Positions 10,789 to 19,275 of a DNA stretch of 37,212 nt are shown one piece after another. The stretch is from the NCBI GenBank assembly GCA_043776855.1, contig JAYVQV010000074.1:1-37212 (forward strand). Direction: 5' to 3'. Source of the stretch: Limisphaerales bacterium (lineage in GTDB: Bacteria > Verrucomicrobiota > Verrucomicrobiia > Limisphaerales > UBA11358). The notes beneath the pieces were generated by a model. It made no database searches and was not told the DNA's origin. It saw only the letters and a program-made list of their open reading frames with translations. Positions within the stretch are counted from its first letter, which is position 1; each line of letters begins with the position of its first letter. The translations under genes and the position numbers were made by a program.

Positions 10789-13371
10789 ATGAAACAAATT
10801 TCACTGGTTACCGCGTTAAGCGTGCTGTTCGCCGCGCAATTCAGCTCGTTGCTGGCGCAAGTGCCGCGCCACCTTCCCAACGAGTTGGACGCCGAAGCGG
10901 TTTTGAACGGCGCGTATCCGTGGCCCACGTCGCCGAAAGTTGAGGTCAACTACGACACCAACGGTTTTGCCTTCGACCGACTGACCCTGGTTCCGCCCCC
11001 CGGCGTGCATCCGCGCATTTTAATCAGCCCGAGGGAATTGCCGGATTTACGCCGTCGCGTCGCGGACACGGAAATGGGTCGCGCGCTTCTGAAAAATTTG
11101 CGGTCCCGCGTGAACGATGCCATCAAGCAGCCCGGCGCGTGGGGAGCGACATTTTACGATGCGCTCGCCGCCGGGAATTTGGCGGATGCAAAAAAACTGC
11201 TCGCGGAAAAAAACGGCAAGCCGCCTCAGATCGGGCATTACCAGCCGTTCATCGAGGCGTTTGCGATGGAAGCGCTGGATGCCTTGATTTCAAAAGACGA
11301 ACAGCGTGGCCGAAAAGTTGGCGCGGCCCTCGCAAGTTATGCCGCGATTGCCGAGCCGGCGATTGACAGCGCGCTCGCCCAGCCGCTCGGTGACGATGTT
11401 TGGCGCGTGAAATTGAACGGCCCGACCACTGGCGACTGGAGCAGCGATCAGGGCGCGCGTGACCTTGTCGGTTACCACATTCTTGGCTACGCCTACGACT
11501 TTGCCTACAACTTCATGACCGAGGCGCAGCGTTCCCAAGTGCGCAGCGTCATCTCCAAAGTGACGCGCGGCGAACTGTGGATGGGCGCGCGGCTGCCGCA
11601 TCATTTTCGCAACTGGAACTGGTGCGCCGTCGGCTTGAGCCAGCCGCTGCTCGCGCTGGCAATTGAAGGCGAAGACGGCTACGACCCGCGCGTTTTCAAA
11701 ATGGGCGTGGACATCGCGCGCGATTATTTCAGCTTCGGCATTTCGGAAAATGGTTTTTCCACCGAGGCCGTCGGCTACACGCAGTTCGGTTTAGTCTGGG
11801 CAAATCCCTTCGTGGTCGCCGCCGCGCGGCGCGGGGAAAATCTACTCACGCAAAACCATCTTCGCGCGATGATTGAGTGGTATTTGCATTCAATGGAACC
11901 AGCGGCGCTCGCGCTCGGCCAGGTTTCGACGAACGCGGATTTTGAGCAGCTTCAGCGCAGCCTGCCGCAGTTTTGGACGAGTCACGGCGATGGCGGCGAC
12001 GAAGGCCCGGCCATCTGGACGATGGCGCTGTGGAAATATTTTTATCCGCACGACGCGAAAATTGACCTGCTTTGGCGCGTGGTGGTGAACAAGAATCGTG
12101 GCCAGCCTTTCACGGGCAGTTTTCATTTGATCGAGCCTTTGCTGTGGGCTGATGAAGCGCCCATCACGCTGAAACCGGACGCGGCGGAGAAATTGAACCT
12201 GCCGCGCGCACTCTTTGATGCCACGCGCAGTTCGTTCATCGCACACAGCGGCTGGAACACCAATTCGGCAATGTTGCAGTTCGAGTGCCGCACGGATTCA
12301 GTCGGCTCTAGCCACGAACACGCGGATCGCGGCGCGTTCACGTTTTCCGCGCTGGGACGGCAGTGGGCGAGGGATAATTTCCGTTCCGTCGAGACGCGTC
12401 ATCATAATTCCATTTTGATTGACGGCAGGGGACAAGGTTTTTGGCCGGGGCCGGGCAAATGGCTTGGGCTGGATGACAAAGGCTGGGCGCTCGTTGCCGC
12501 CTGCGACGCAAAAGATTGTTACGATTGGTGGTGGCCCAAGGAAATTATAGCGGAAGACCCGAAAAATTTTGAGCGTTTCAAATTTTCGCGCTGGCAAAGC
12601 AATTTGGCCGACGCCGAGCAGTTTCAAATTGATTACGCCAGTCAGACGCCGGAGCAAGACCCGCGCCCGTCAGTCGTCGCGCATTGGAAAGGATTTACCG
12701 CGCACGATCCGCGCCTGTGGGACGAGGATGCCTGGCCCGTGCGTTTGACGAACAATCCAGTGCAGCGCGCCTTTCGCACGATTGCCTTCGTGCGCGAGCC
12801 GCATCCGTATTTGCTGGTCGTGGATGACATCCAGAAGGATTCGCAAGCACGGCTTTACGAATGGCTGATGCAAATGGGCATGAACACTGCCGTCGCGCGC
12901 ATGGCTGGTGGCGAAATCATTTTGTGCGACGCCACCGTGCCGCTGGACGAAAACGGCTTGCCTAAACTGCGCAAGGGCGACCGCGAATTGCTCGTGCGCG
13001 TGCTCGACTGCGGTGTGCCGGCCAATGCGCACGATTTTCAATCCAAGCCGTCATTTCGATTGGAAACGTTCGAGCGCAAAGACACCCTCGTGCCGGAAGC
13101 GCCCAGCACGGCGCTGTCCGGTTCGCGCACGTTTGGATTGGACAAACGACTGGTGATTGCGAGCCGGGCGGTTGCGCCGAATTTTAAAATCATTTTGTGG
13201 CCGATGCGCGAGGGTGAACCTTTGCCGGATACGATTTGGAACGAGTCGAAAACGGAACTGACCGTGATGGGGCAGGGCGCGACGGATAAAATATTGTTCC
13301 GCACTGAAAACGGTGGCCGCACACACGTTGCGTTGGAACGAACCGGTAAAGCAAAAGCGACCATTCCCTGA
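10789..13371 (+). CDS. Heparinase II/III-like polysaccharide lyase family protein (paralog 1), secreted
   Basis: 860 aa. Signal-like start MKQISLVTALSVLFAAQFSSLLAQ. Supporting motifs are GVHPRILISPRELPDLRRR and SSHEHADRGAFTFSALGRQWARD...HHNSILIDGRGQ (the Hepar_II_III hallmark). The C-terminal block is NPVQRAFRTIAFVREPHPYLLVVDDIQKD. Confidence 0.75.
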   Translation: MKQISLVTALSVLFAAQFSSLLAQVPRHLPNELDAEAVLNGAYPWPTSPKVEVNYDTNGFAFDRLTLVPPPGVHPRILISPRELPDLRRRVADTEMGRALLKNLRSRVNDAIKQPGAWGATFYDALAAGNLADAKKLLAEKNGKPPQIGHYQPFIEAFAMEALDALISKDEQRGRKVGAALASYAAIAEPAIDSALAQPLGDDVWRVKLNGPTTGDWSSDQGARDLVGYHILGYAYDFAYNFMTEAQRSQVRSVISKVTRGELWMGARLPHHFRNWNWCAVGLSQPLLALAIEGEDGYDPRVFKMGVDIARDYFSFGISENGFSTEAVGYTQFGLVWANPFVVAAARRGENLLTQNHLRAMIEWYLHSMEPAALALGQVSTNADFEQLQRSLPQFWTSHGDGGDEGPAIWTMALWKYFYPHDAKIDLLWRVVVNKNRGQPFTGSFHLIEPLLWADEAPITLKPDAAEKLNLPRALFDATRSSFIAHSGWNTNSAMLQFECRTDSVGSSHEHADRGAFTFSALGRQWARDNFRSVETRHHNSILIDGRGQGFWPGPGKWLGLDDKGWALVAACDAKDCYDWWWPKEIIAEDPKNFERFKFSRWQSNLADAEQFQIDYASQTPEQDPRPSVVAHWKGFTAHDPRLWDEDAWPVRLTNNPVQRAFRTIAFVREPHPYLLVVDDIQKDSQARLYEWLMQMGMNTAVARMAGGEIILCDATVPLDENGLPKLRKGDRELLVRVLDCGVPANAHDFQSKPSFRLETFERKDTLVPEAPSTALSGSRTFGLDKRLVIASRAVAPNFKIILWPMREGEPLPDTIWNESKTELTVMGQGATDKILFRTENGGRTHVALERTGKAKATIP

Positions 13372-13372
13372 C

Positions 13373-13413
13373 TGACGCAAATCCGTCCCGCACCGATGCA
13401 ACATAGCCCCTAG
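13373..13413 (+). promoter_or_regulatory. Conserved direct-repeat box. Candidate operator upstream of the pseudopilin-led gene chain.
   Basis: Reads tgaCGCAAatccgtcccgcaccgaTGCAAcatagcccctag. The cores start at 13376 and 13397, 21 nt apart. The box begins 2 nt after the stop codon of the preceding gene. Confidence 0.5.
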
Positions 13414-13491
13414 TTACAAAACCATTTTGTAGCCAGCTTATTTCAACCACCTGCCACTCGCTCTAAAAGCCGTGTCTCTTGGTCTAAAAAA

Positions 13492-14292
13492 ATGAAAACC
13501 CTTTCCGCGCCAACTAAAAAGCCGTTCGCCGCCTTTACGTTGATTGAACTGCTGGTGGTCATCGCCATCATCGCCATTCTCGCCGCCATGCTGCTGCCGG
13601 CGCTTTCCCGCGCGAAGCAGACCGCACTGCGCACCCGCTGCCTGAACAACGTCCGCCAGGCCGGTCTGGCGACTACGATGTATGCCATGGATGCCCGGGA
13701 CGCTTTGCCCTACGGTTATGTGCTGGCGGGTGAAGCGTCGCAGAATGCCAATCCCTCCACGGGTAATTGCTGGACAAATTTTACCAGTTCGCTCGGCTTA
13801 AAAGACCAGGCCTCCATCCAAAAATTTTACTCGTGTCCCGCCGCCTCGTCGCAACTTTCGCAGGGAAACAACCCGCGAACTTACGCCGCCAACGCCAACA
13901 TCAACTGGTATGATACTGCGGCGGGAACTTATGCCTTTACCAAAATCACCACGCCCAGAAAGCCGGTCATCACCATGCTCGTTGTGGACGCTGGTGCCGC
14001 CAACAATGGAACGACCTTGCCCATCACGAGCTATCGCACCATGGCCGAGGGCATGAACTACGCGCCGCTCTTCGCGCACTTCGGCCAGACGTTTCAGAAA
14101 ATGGTTTCCAATCCGGGCAATAATTATTTCAACTACGCGAACGGCTCGGCGGTGTTTGCCTTTTTCGACGGCCATGCGGACGTCCGCAAACCGGATCTCA
14201 CCATGGGCAAAACCGATTCCGCCCCGGTGCTGCCGTCGCAAACGCCCGGTCTCGCGACCGATTTCTACAAGCAATTCTGGAACGGCCAATGA
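13492..14292 (+). CDS. Pseudopilin-like protein with a prepilin-type N-terminal cleavage/methylation domain
   Basis: The start [43 protein letters not shown] is the class III signal / N-methylation motif. A C-terminal FFDGHADV motif is typical of the expanded Verrucomicrobia/Planctomycetes pseudopilin-like family. Confidence 0.8.
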   Translation: MKTLSAPTKKPFAAFTLIELLVVIAIIAILAAMLLPALSRAKQTALRTRCLNNVRQAGLATTMYAMDARDALPYGYVLAGEASQNANPSTGNCWTNFTSSLGLKDQASIQKFYSCPAASSQLSQGNNPRTYAANANINWYDTAAGTYAFTKITTPRKPVITMLVVDAGAANNGTTLPITSYRTMAEGMNYAPLFAHFGQTFQKMVSNPGNNYFNYANGSAVFAFFDGHADVRKPDLTMGKTDSAPVLPSQTPGLATDFYKQFWNGQ

Positions 14293-15233
14293 AATCATTT
14301 ACGCGCCAGTTTTTCTCCAGCCTCACGCTCGCCGCCGCGCTGCCGTTCGGGACATTCCTCCATTCCCCTGCGCCAAACGAACTGATTTACAAGCACGCTG
14401 CACACGGCGATTTGAAATTGTTTTGCTTTGCACCGGCCACAAATTTCGTGGCGAAAAAATCCCCGGCAATTCTCTGGATTCACGGCGGTGGCTGGACGGG
14501 CGGAACCTGTGAATCTTTTTTTCCGCTCGCGCGCTACACCGCCACGCGCGGGGCGGTGAGTTTCGTCGTGGAATACCGGCTGGCAAAAACCAACGGCACG
14601 GTGACCGTGGCGGCTTGCGTCGCGGACTGCAAATCGGCGGTGCGTTATCTTCGCAGTCATTCAGATGAACTGGGCATTGATCCAAACCGCATCGCCGTCA
14701 TCGGCGAATCGGCGGGCGGCCATCTTGCTGGGTGCGTCGGCACGCTCAATGGTTTCAACGATCCGGCGGACGACTTGAAAATCAGCGCGCGGCCTGACGC
14801 GCTCGTGCTTTACAATCCGCTCACGGATTTTACGCAGTCGAGTTTTCTAAAACTGTTCATGAACGGCGAGGCGGCGGGTGACAAACTGAAATGGGCGCGC
14901 GAACTTTCACCGCTGTTTACCATTCGCTCCAATTTGCCGCCGACGATCTGCATCCACGGCCTCGCGGACACGGTAGTTTCGCCGGACAACTCGCGGCTGT
15001 TCGCCGAAGCGATGCACAAAGCCGGCAACCGCTGCGATCTTGTGCTGCTGCCAGAGACGCCGCACGCGTTTCTGATTCCAAATTACAAATGCTCCGAGGC
15101 GACCGTTGTGAACGCGCTGCTCATCGCGGACAAATTCCTGACCACGCTCGGCTGGTTTTCCGGCGAACCAAACTTGGTCGTTTCCGAGCCGCCGTCGTGG
15201 ACACCCAAATGGCCGTTATCAAAATCCAAATGA
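14289..15233 (+). CDS. Secreted alpha/beta-hydrolase esterase (Abhydrolase_3 / hormone-sensitive-lipase-like; likely carbohydrate esterase)
   Basis: Oxyanion motif WIHGGGW. Nucleophile elbow GESAGGH. C-terminal His in PETPHAF. Signal-like N-terminus. Its ATG overlaps the preceding stop codon (ATGA at 14289-14292). Confidence 0.75.
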   Translation: MKSFTRQFFSSLTLAAALPFGTFLHSPAPNELIYKHAAHGDLKLFCFAPATNFVAKKSPAILWIHGGGWTGGTCESFFPLARYTATRGAVSFVVEYRLAKTNGTVTVAACVADCKSAVRYLRSHSDELGIDPNRIAVIGESAGGHLAGCVGTLNGFNDPADDLKISARPDALVLYNPLTDFTQSSFLKLFMNGEAAGDKLKWARELSPLFTIRSNLPPTICIHGLADTVVSPDNSRLFAEAMHKAGNRCDLVLLPETPHAFLIPNYKCSEATVVNALLIADKFLTTLGWFSGEPNLVVSEPPSWTPKWPLSKSK

Positions 15234-18200
15234 AAAAATTTACTCAAATAATTTTGTTGGCGTCAGCCTTTTCAGGAAGCGGTTTGGCGCAAACCAACTG
15301 GTCGCCCGTGCCGCCGCAAAATCAGGGGCTGCCTTACACGCGCAGCGCGCAAAAATTTGCCGGCGAAAAAATCAAAGACGCCGTTGCCGTGTTTGCCGGC
15401 AGCCGCTATGCCTGGGTTCACGGTTTCAAAGTCCGGCTGGACGACGCGAACTGGCGCGACGAGGCGGTGCTGCGTGACGGAAAATTATTTGTGCCCGCCG
15501 CGTTTGCTGGTGTTTTGGATTTGGCGGAAATCAAACCATCGCCTGCGCCAAGCTATCTGGCTGACCGTTGGGTTTATTCGTTGGAAATTCCAAAATCAAA
15601 AGCTGCGACGATTCAAATTGACGGCAAAGACTACATCGCGCTGGCGGACGAGGCGCAGAAACACGGCTTCAAAGTCTTCCAAAACGAGCGCGGCCTGCTG
15701 CTCATCGGCAAAATGGAAATTTTGTTTTCTGAATCCGAATCCAATTTACTCGACAGCGTGATCGCGCTTTTCGACACGCCGGAAAAATTCGCCGATCCCG
15801 ACATCGCGACGCGCTGGATTCCGGCGTTGACGCGGCAGGGCGCTTGGACGAATCACGTCAAGGTCACGCCGGAGCAATTGAACATTTACAGCGGCCCAGA
15901 AACGAAATGGCCAACCGCGCCGAAGTCGGCCTACGATTTCTCCGGCTTCAACCAAAAGCTCCTCGGCTCGAAAGTCCCGCCGCCGGGTGTTTATCCACGC
16001 GTGTTATTCAGCCCAGAGGACGTGCCGATGCTCGCGGCGCGGGTAAAAAAATCCAAGCTCGGCCAGAAGTCGCTCATCGAGATGCAGTATTTATTCGGGC
16101 AGAGTTTTTGGAACCCGAACACGAGTGACGGCAAAGTTTTTGAGAAACTCGCCAGCAACGATCTGGCCGGACTCGATTGGCCGGACGACGTGCGGCCCGA
16201 ACGGGTCGCCACGTTCAACACCGCGCAGCAGTTCAAGGGCGAGAAGCCGGGCATTTATAATTCCCACGTCGCGTATCTGCCGGAATGCCTGAATGACATC
16301 GCGTTGTATTGTTTGTTGACCGGCGATGATCTTCACGGCCAGCAAGTCGCCACCGCGATTGCCAATTATTACAAACTGCGCGAGCCGTTGATTGACGCGT
16401 GGAACGCGATGAGCGATTCCGAATTCGGCGACGAGCAAAACAACGCCAACGGCTCGGTGACCGGCTGGCGCGGAATGCACGGCCTCGTCGCGCACATGAA
16501 TCTCGGCCTCGCGCTCGACTTCGGCGGCAAATGGATGACCGCCGAGCAAAAGGAAACCATGCGCCGCGTCATTGCCAAGGCGACTTACGGCCGCCGCGCT
16601 TACGGCGAGGACAGCACGGTGCGTTTCCGCGACGTGAACTGGGTGGGTTGGGATTTGCCGCAATTTCTCGCGCTGACGGCCATCGAGGGACTCGAAGGTT
16701 TTGACCGCGAAGCCTGGGAACAAGGGCGCGACACGGTGCGCGCGTTCTGCGATTTCGGCATTGACGATGCCGGCGTGGTGTTCGAGAGCAACGGCAAAAC
16801 GCCCGGCAGTTTACAATTCATCACGCTCTCGCTGGTGGCCTCGGCGCGGCGCGGCGAAAATTATTTCGGCCATCCGCACCTGCGCAAATTGCTGGAAGCG
16901 CAAACGCAAATGACTTCGCCCAACGGCCGCGTGACGGTGAACTGCGGGACGCAATACGAACCCTTCAGCCGGCAGTTTGTATCACCACAGTTGACGGATG
17001 AATTGAAATCGTTTTTCCCGCGCGAGCGCATCGCGGATTATTTGCTGACGAAGATCACCGCTTCGCCGGCACAGGCGGCGAACGAATACACACGCGGCTG
17101 GGCGATCCAAAATTTCGACGCGGCGAAATATCGCGAGCAGGTGAAAAAAAATCAGCGCCTGCGTCTGCCCAGTCCGACTTATCCCGGCTTTGTGCCCGGC
17201 GTGCTTTACGATTCAGATTTTGCGTCGGCGACGCGCGCAGATTTGAATTTGCCGCTGGATTTTAATGCGCCGGTTCACGGCGTCTTCTCCAGTTACAGCG
17301 ACCGCACGACGAATGCCGCGTGGATGAATATCATGGTTCGTCCCGACCATTATCTCGGCGCGGGGCATCACCACGCGGACGCGGGGATGTTCCATTTTTC
17401 CGCGCGCGGCGTGGACTGGTTCACCGAGTCGCCGTTCACGCAGACTTACGACGGCAAATTTCACAATCTCGTTTTGGTGGACGGCGAATCCGAGGCGACG
17501 ACGCTGCCGGACGACAAAATTCTCGGCTGGAATGCAGCGGCGAATTATCTCGGCGCGGTGGAAAATAAATTTGCCGCGAGCGCGGCCGCGGATTTGACCT
17601 CCGCCTATTCGTGGCGGTGGCTGTGCCAGTCGCCGCCGACGTGGAGCGAACATCTCGTTAGCCTCGGCTGGGAAATTGAGCCGTCGCCGCGCGTGCTGGA
17701 AATTTTTGCGGGCACGGCGCGCTACAAAATGCGCCCGTGGTGGGCGAACTACGACTACGCGAATTTTATGCCGACCTGCCGCGCGCCGTTCAACCCGATG
17801 CAACGCGTCTTCCGCACCGTCGGCCTCGTGCGCGGCCAGCATCCTTACGGATTCATCGTGGATGACTTGAAAAAAGATGACGCGCCACACTTGTATCAAT
17901 GGGCGGCGATGCTGAACGGCGGCGTGTGGCCAGCGGAAGTTTCCGGTCTCGCAAAAAATCAAATCGCACTGGCGTTCCGCGCCGGCGATCCCGATGTCAA
18001 TTCTCCCGTCGCCAAAGCGTCAATCAAACCGCAGGCCGGCGAACCGTTGCTCATAGTGACCGCACTCGGCATGGACGAAAGCGGCGATCCGGCAACGCCA
18101 CTGTTTGAAGTCGCGCGGCTCGAAGGACCGAAAGACCACAACGGCAAACCGCAATTTTACGAGCGGCTGGTCATCAACCGTCACGCGGACGCGGCGAATT

Positions 18201-18382
18201 TCCGCGTGCTGCTGCTGCCAGTTCGCGCTGGAGAAAAATTCCCAGAGGTTTCGTTTGCCGATGGAAATACTGCGATAAATTGGAGCGGGCAGCGGGATGA
18301 AATCAAATTCAGTTCCGACGCCAGCCAGCGCACGCGCCTCGTCGTGAAGCGCGGCGACAAAGAAATTCTGGTTTCAAAATGA
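15230..18382 (+). CDS. Heparinase II/III-like polysaccharide lyase family protein (paralog 2), secreted
   Basis: The track ORF 14891..18382 is trimmed to the ATG at 15230, which forms an ATGA overlap with the esterase stop. This gives [21 protein letters not shown]. Supporting motifs are GVYPRVLFSPEDVPMLAARV, GAGHHHADAGMFHFSARGVDWFTE...FHNLVLVDGESE and NPMQRVFRTVGLVRGQHPYGFIVDDLKKD. Confidence 0.75.
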   Translation: MKKFTQIILLASAFSGSGLAQTNWSPVPPQNQGLPYTRSAQKFAGEKIKDAVAVFAGSRYAWVHGFKVRLDDANWRDEAVLRDGKLFVPAAFAGVLDLAEIKPSPAPSYLADRWVYSLEIPKSKAATIQIDGKDYIALADEAQKHGFKVFQNERGLLLIGKMEILFSESESNLLDSVIALFDTPEKFADPDIATRWIPALTRQGAWTNHVKVTPEQLNIYSGPETKWPTAPKSAYDFSGFNQKLLGSKVPPPGVYPRVLFSPEDVPMLAARVKKSKLGQKSLIEMQYLFGQSFWNPNTSDGKVFEKLASNDLAGLDWPDDVRPERVATFNTAQQFKGEKPGIYNSHVAYLPECLNDIALYCLLTGDDLHGQQVATAIANYYKLREPLIDAWNAMSDSEFGDEQNNANGSVTGWRGMHGLVAHMNLGLALDFGGKWMTAEQKETMRRVIAKATYGRRAYGEDSTVRFRDVNWVGWDLPQFLALTAIEGLEGFDREAWEQGRDTVRAFCDFGIDDAGVVFESNGKTPGSLQFITLSLVASARRGENYFGHPHLRKLLEAQTQMTSPNGRVTVNCGTQYEPFSRQFVSPQLTDELKSFFPRERIADYLLTKITASPAQAANEYTRGWAIQNFDAAKYREQVKKNQRLRLPSPTYPGFVPGVLYDSDFASATRADLNLPLDFNAPVHGVFSSYSDRTTNAAWMNIMVRPDHYLGAGHHHADAGMFHFSARGVDWFTESPFTQTYDGKFHNLVLVDGESEATTLPDDKILGWNAAANYLGAVENKFAASAAADLTSAYSWRWLCQSPPTWSEHLVSLGWEIEPSPRVLEIFAGTARYKMRPWWANYDYANFMPTCRAPFNPMQRVFRTVGLVRGQHPYGFIVDDLKKDDAPHLYQWAAMLNGGVWPAEVSGLAKNQIALAFRAGDPDVNSPVAKASIKPQAGEPLLIVTALGMDESGDPATPLFEVARLEGPKDHNGKPQFYERLVINRHADAANFRVLLLPVRAGEKFPEVSFADGNTAINWSGQRDEIKFSSDASQRTRLVVKRGDKEILVSK

Positions 18383-19275
18383 GTGTTGCCGAACCAATGG
18401 TTGAGATGCGTCAGCGCGGAAAGTCGTCCGCGCTGCGGCTGGGCGTGCGCGCGCATGACTTCGGTTGCGCGGCGGCGGCTGATTTGTCGGCACGCATCGC
18501 GGCGCAGGGATTTTCCTGCGTGCAACTGGCGTTGAACAAAGCCATCGCGGGGTTGAATTTGTCGGCGGGCGATTTGCACGCGGAATTGGCGCGCGAAATC
18601 GGCGGCGCGTTTGCGCGGCACGGCGTCGGCATCGAAGTGCTGGGCTGCTACATCAATCCGATTCAACCAGATTTGGCGGCGAGGAAAAAACTGCTGGAAT
18701 TTTTCAAGGACCACTTGCGTTTCGCCCGTGATTTCGGCTGCGGCATCGTGGCGCTGGAAAGCGGTTCGGTGAATGCGGATTACTCGCCGCATCCGGCCAA
18801 TCATGGCGAGGCGGCGTTCAACGAAATGCTGGCGAGCATTGCGGAACTGGCGGCCGAGGCGGAAAAATTTGGCGTAGTCATCGGCTTCGAGGCGGTGCAT
18901 TGCCACACGGTTTCCACAGCGCAGAAAATGCGGCGCGTGCTGGACACGATTCGCTCGAAACACCTGCGCGTAGTTTTTGACGCGGCGAATCTGCTGGCGC
19001 CGGAAAATTTTCGCGAGCAGTCGCGCATCATTCCGGAAGCGCTGGATTTGCTCGGCGAGGACATCGCGGTGATTCACGCGAAGGATTTTGCTTTTGAAAA
19101 CGGCGCCGTGAAAACCGTTCCCGCCGGTTGCGGCGAGTTGAATTTCGCACCGGTGCTGGATTTTGTCCGCGCGCAAAATTCCGGCAGCGCGGTTTTGCTG
19201 GAGGAAGCCGGCGAAAGCGCCGCGCCGGATTGCGCCAAATTTTTACACCGTCAATTTTTACAGGAAGCACCATGA
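18379..19275 (+). CDS. Sugar phosphate isomerase/epimerase (xylose-isomerase-like TIM barrel), cytoplasmic
   Basis: 298 aa. ATGA overlap at 18379-18382. The overall pattern (LGVRAHDFG..., GIEVLGCYINP..., VVIGFEAVH..., VVFDAANL..., VIHAKD) fits the AP_endonuc_2/xylose isomerase-like fold. This is a family-level call only. Confidence 0.6.
   Translation: MSVAEPMVEMRQRGKSSALRLGVRAHDFGCAAAADLSARIAAQGFSCVQLALNKAIAGLNLSAGDLHAELAREIGGAFARHGVGIEVLGCYINPIQPDLAARKKLLEFFKDHLRFARDFGCGIVALESGSVNADYSPHPANHGEAAFNEMLASIAELAAEAEKFGVVIGFEAVHCHTVSTAQKMRRVLDTIRSKHLRVVFDAANLLAPENFREQSRIIPEALDLLGEDIAVIHAKDFAFENGAVKTVPAGCGELNFAPVLDFVRAQNSGSAVLLEEAGESAAPDCAKFLHRQFLQEAP

Noticed and set aside
10771-10790. TTGACA (10771-10776) and TATTAT (10785-10790) as a sigma70-like promoter for the lyase gene.
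   Set aside because: The spacer is only 8 nt, and the TATTAT overlaps the ATG at 10789. The geometry is incompatible with a -35/-10 pair.
14891-15229. Upstream 113-aa extension of track ORF 14891..18382; similarly 19128..19271 for ORF 19128..21080.
   Set aside because: Both extensions lie inside the preceding genes in another frame and are Arg/Ala-rich. In-frame ATGs at 15230 and 19272 form ATGA overlaps with the upstream stop codons and give sensible N-termini.
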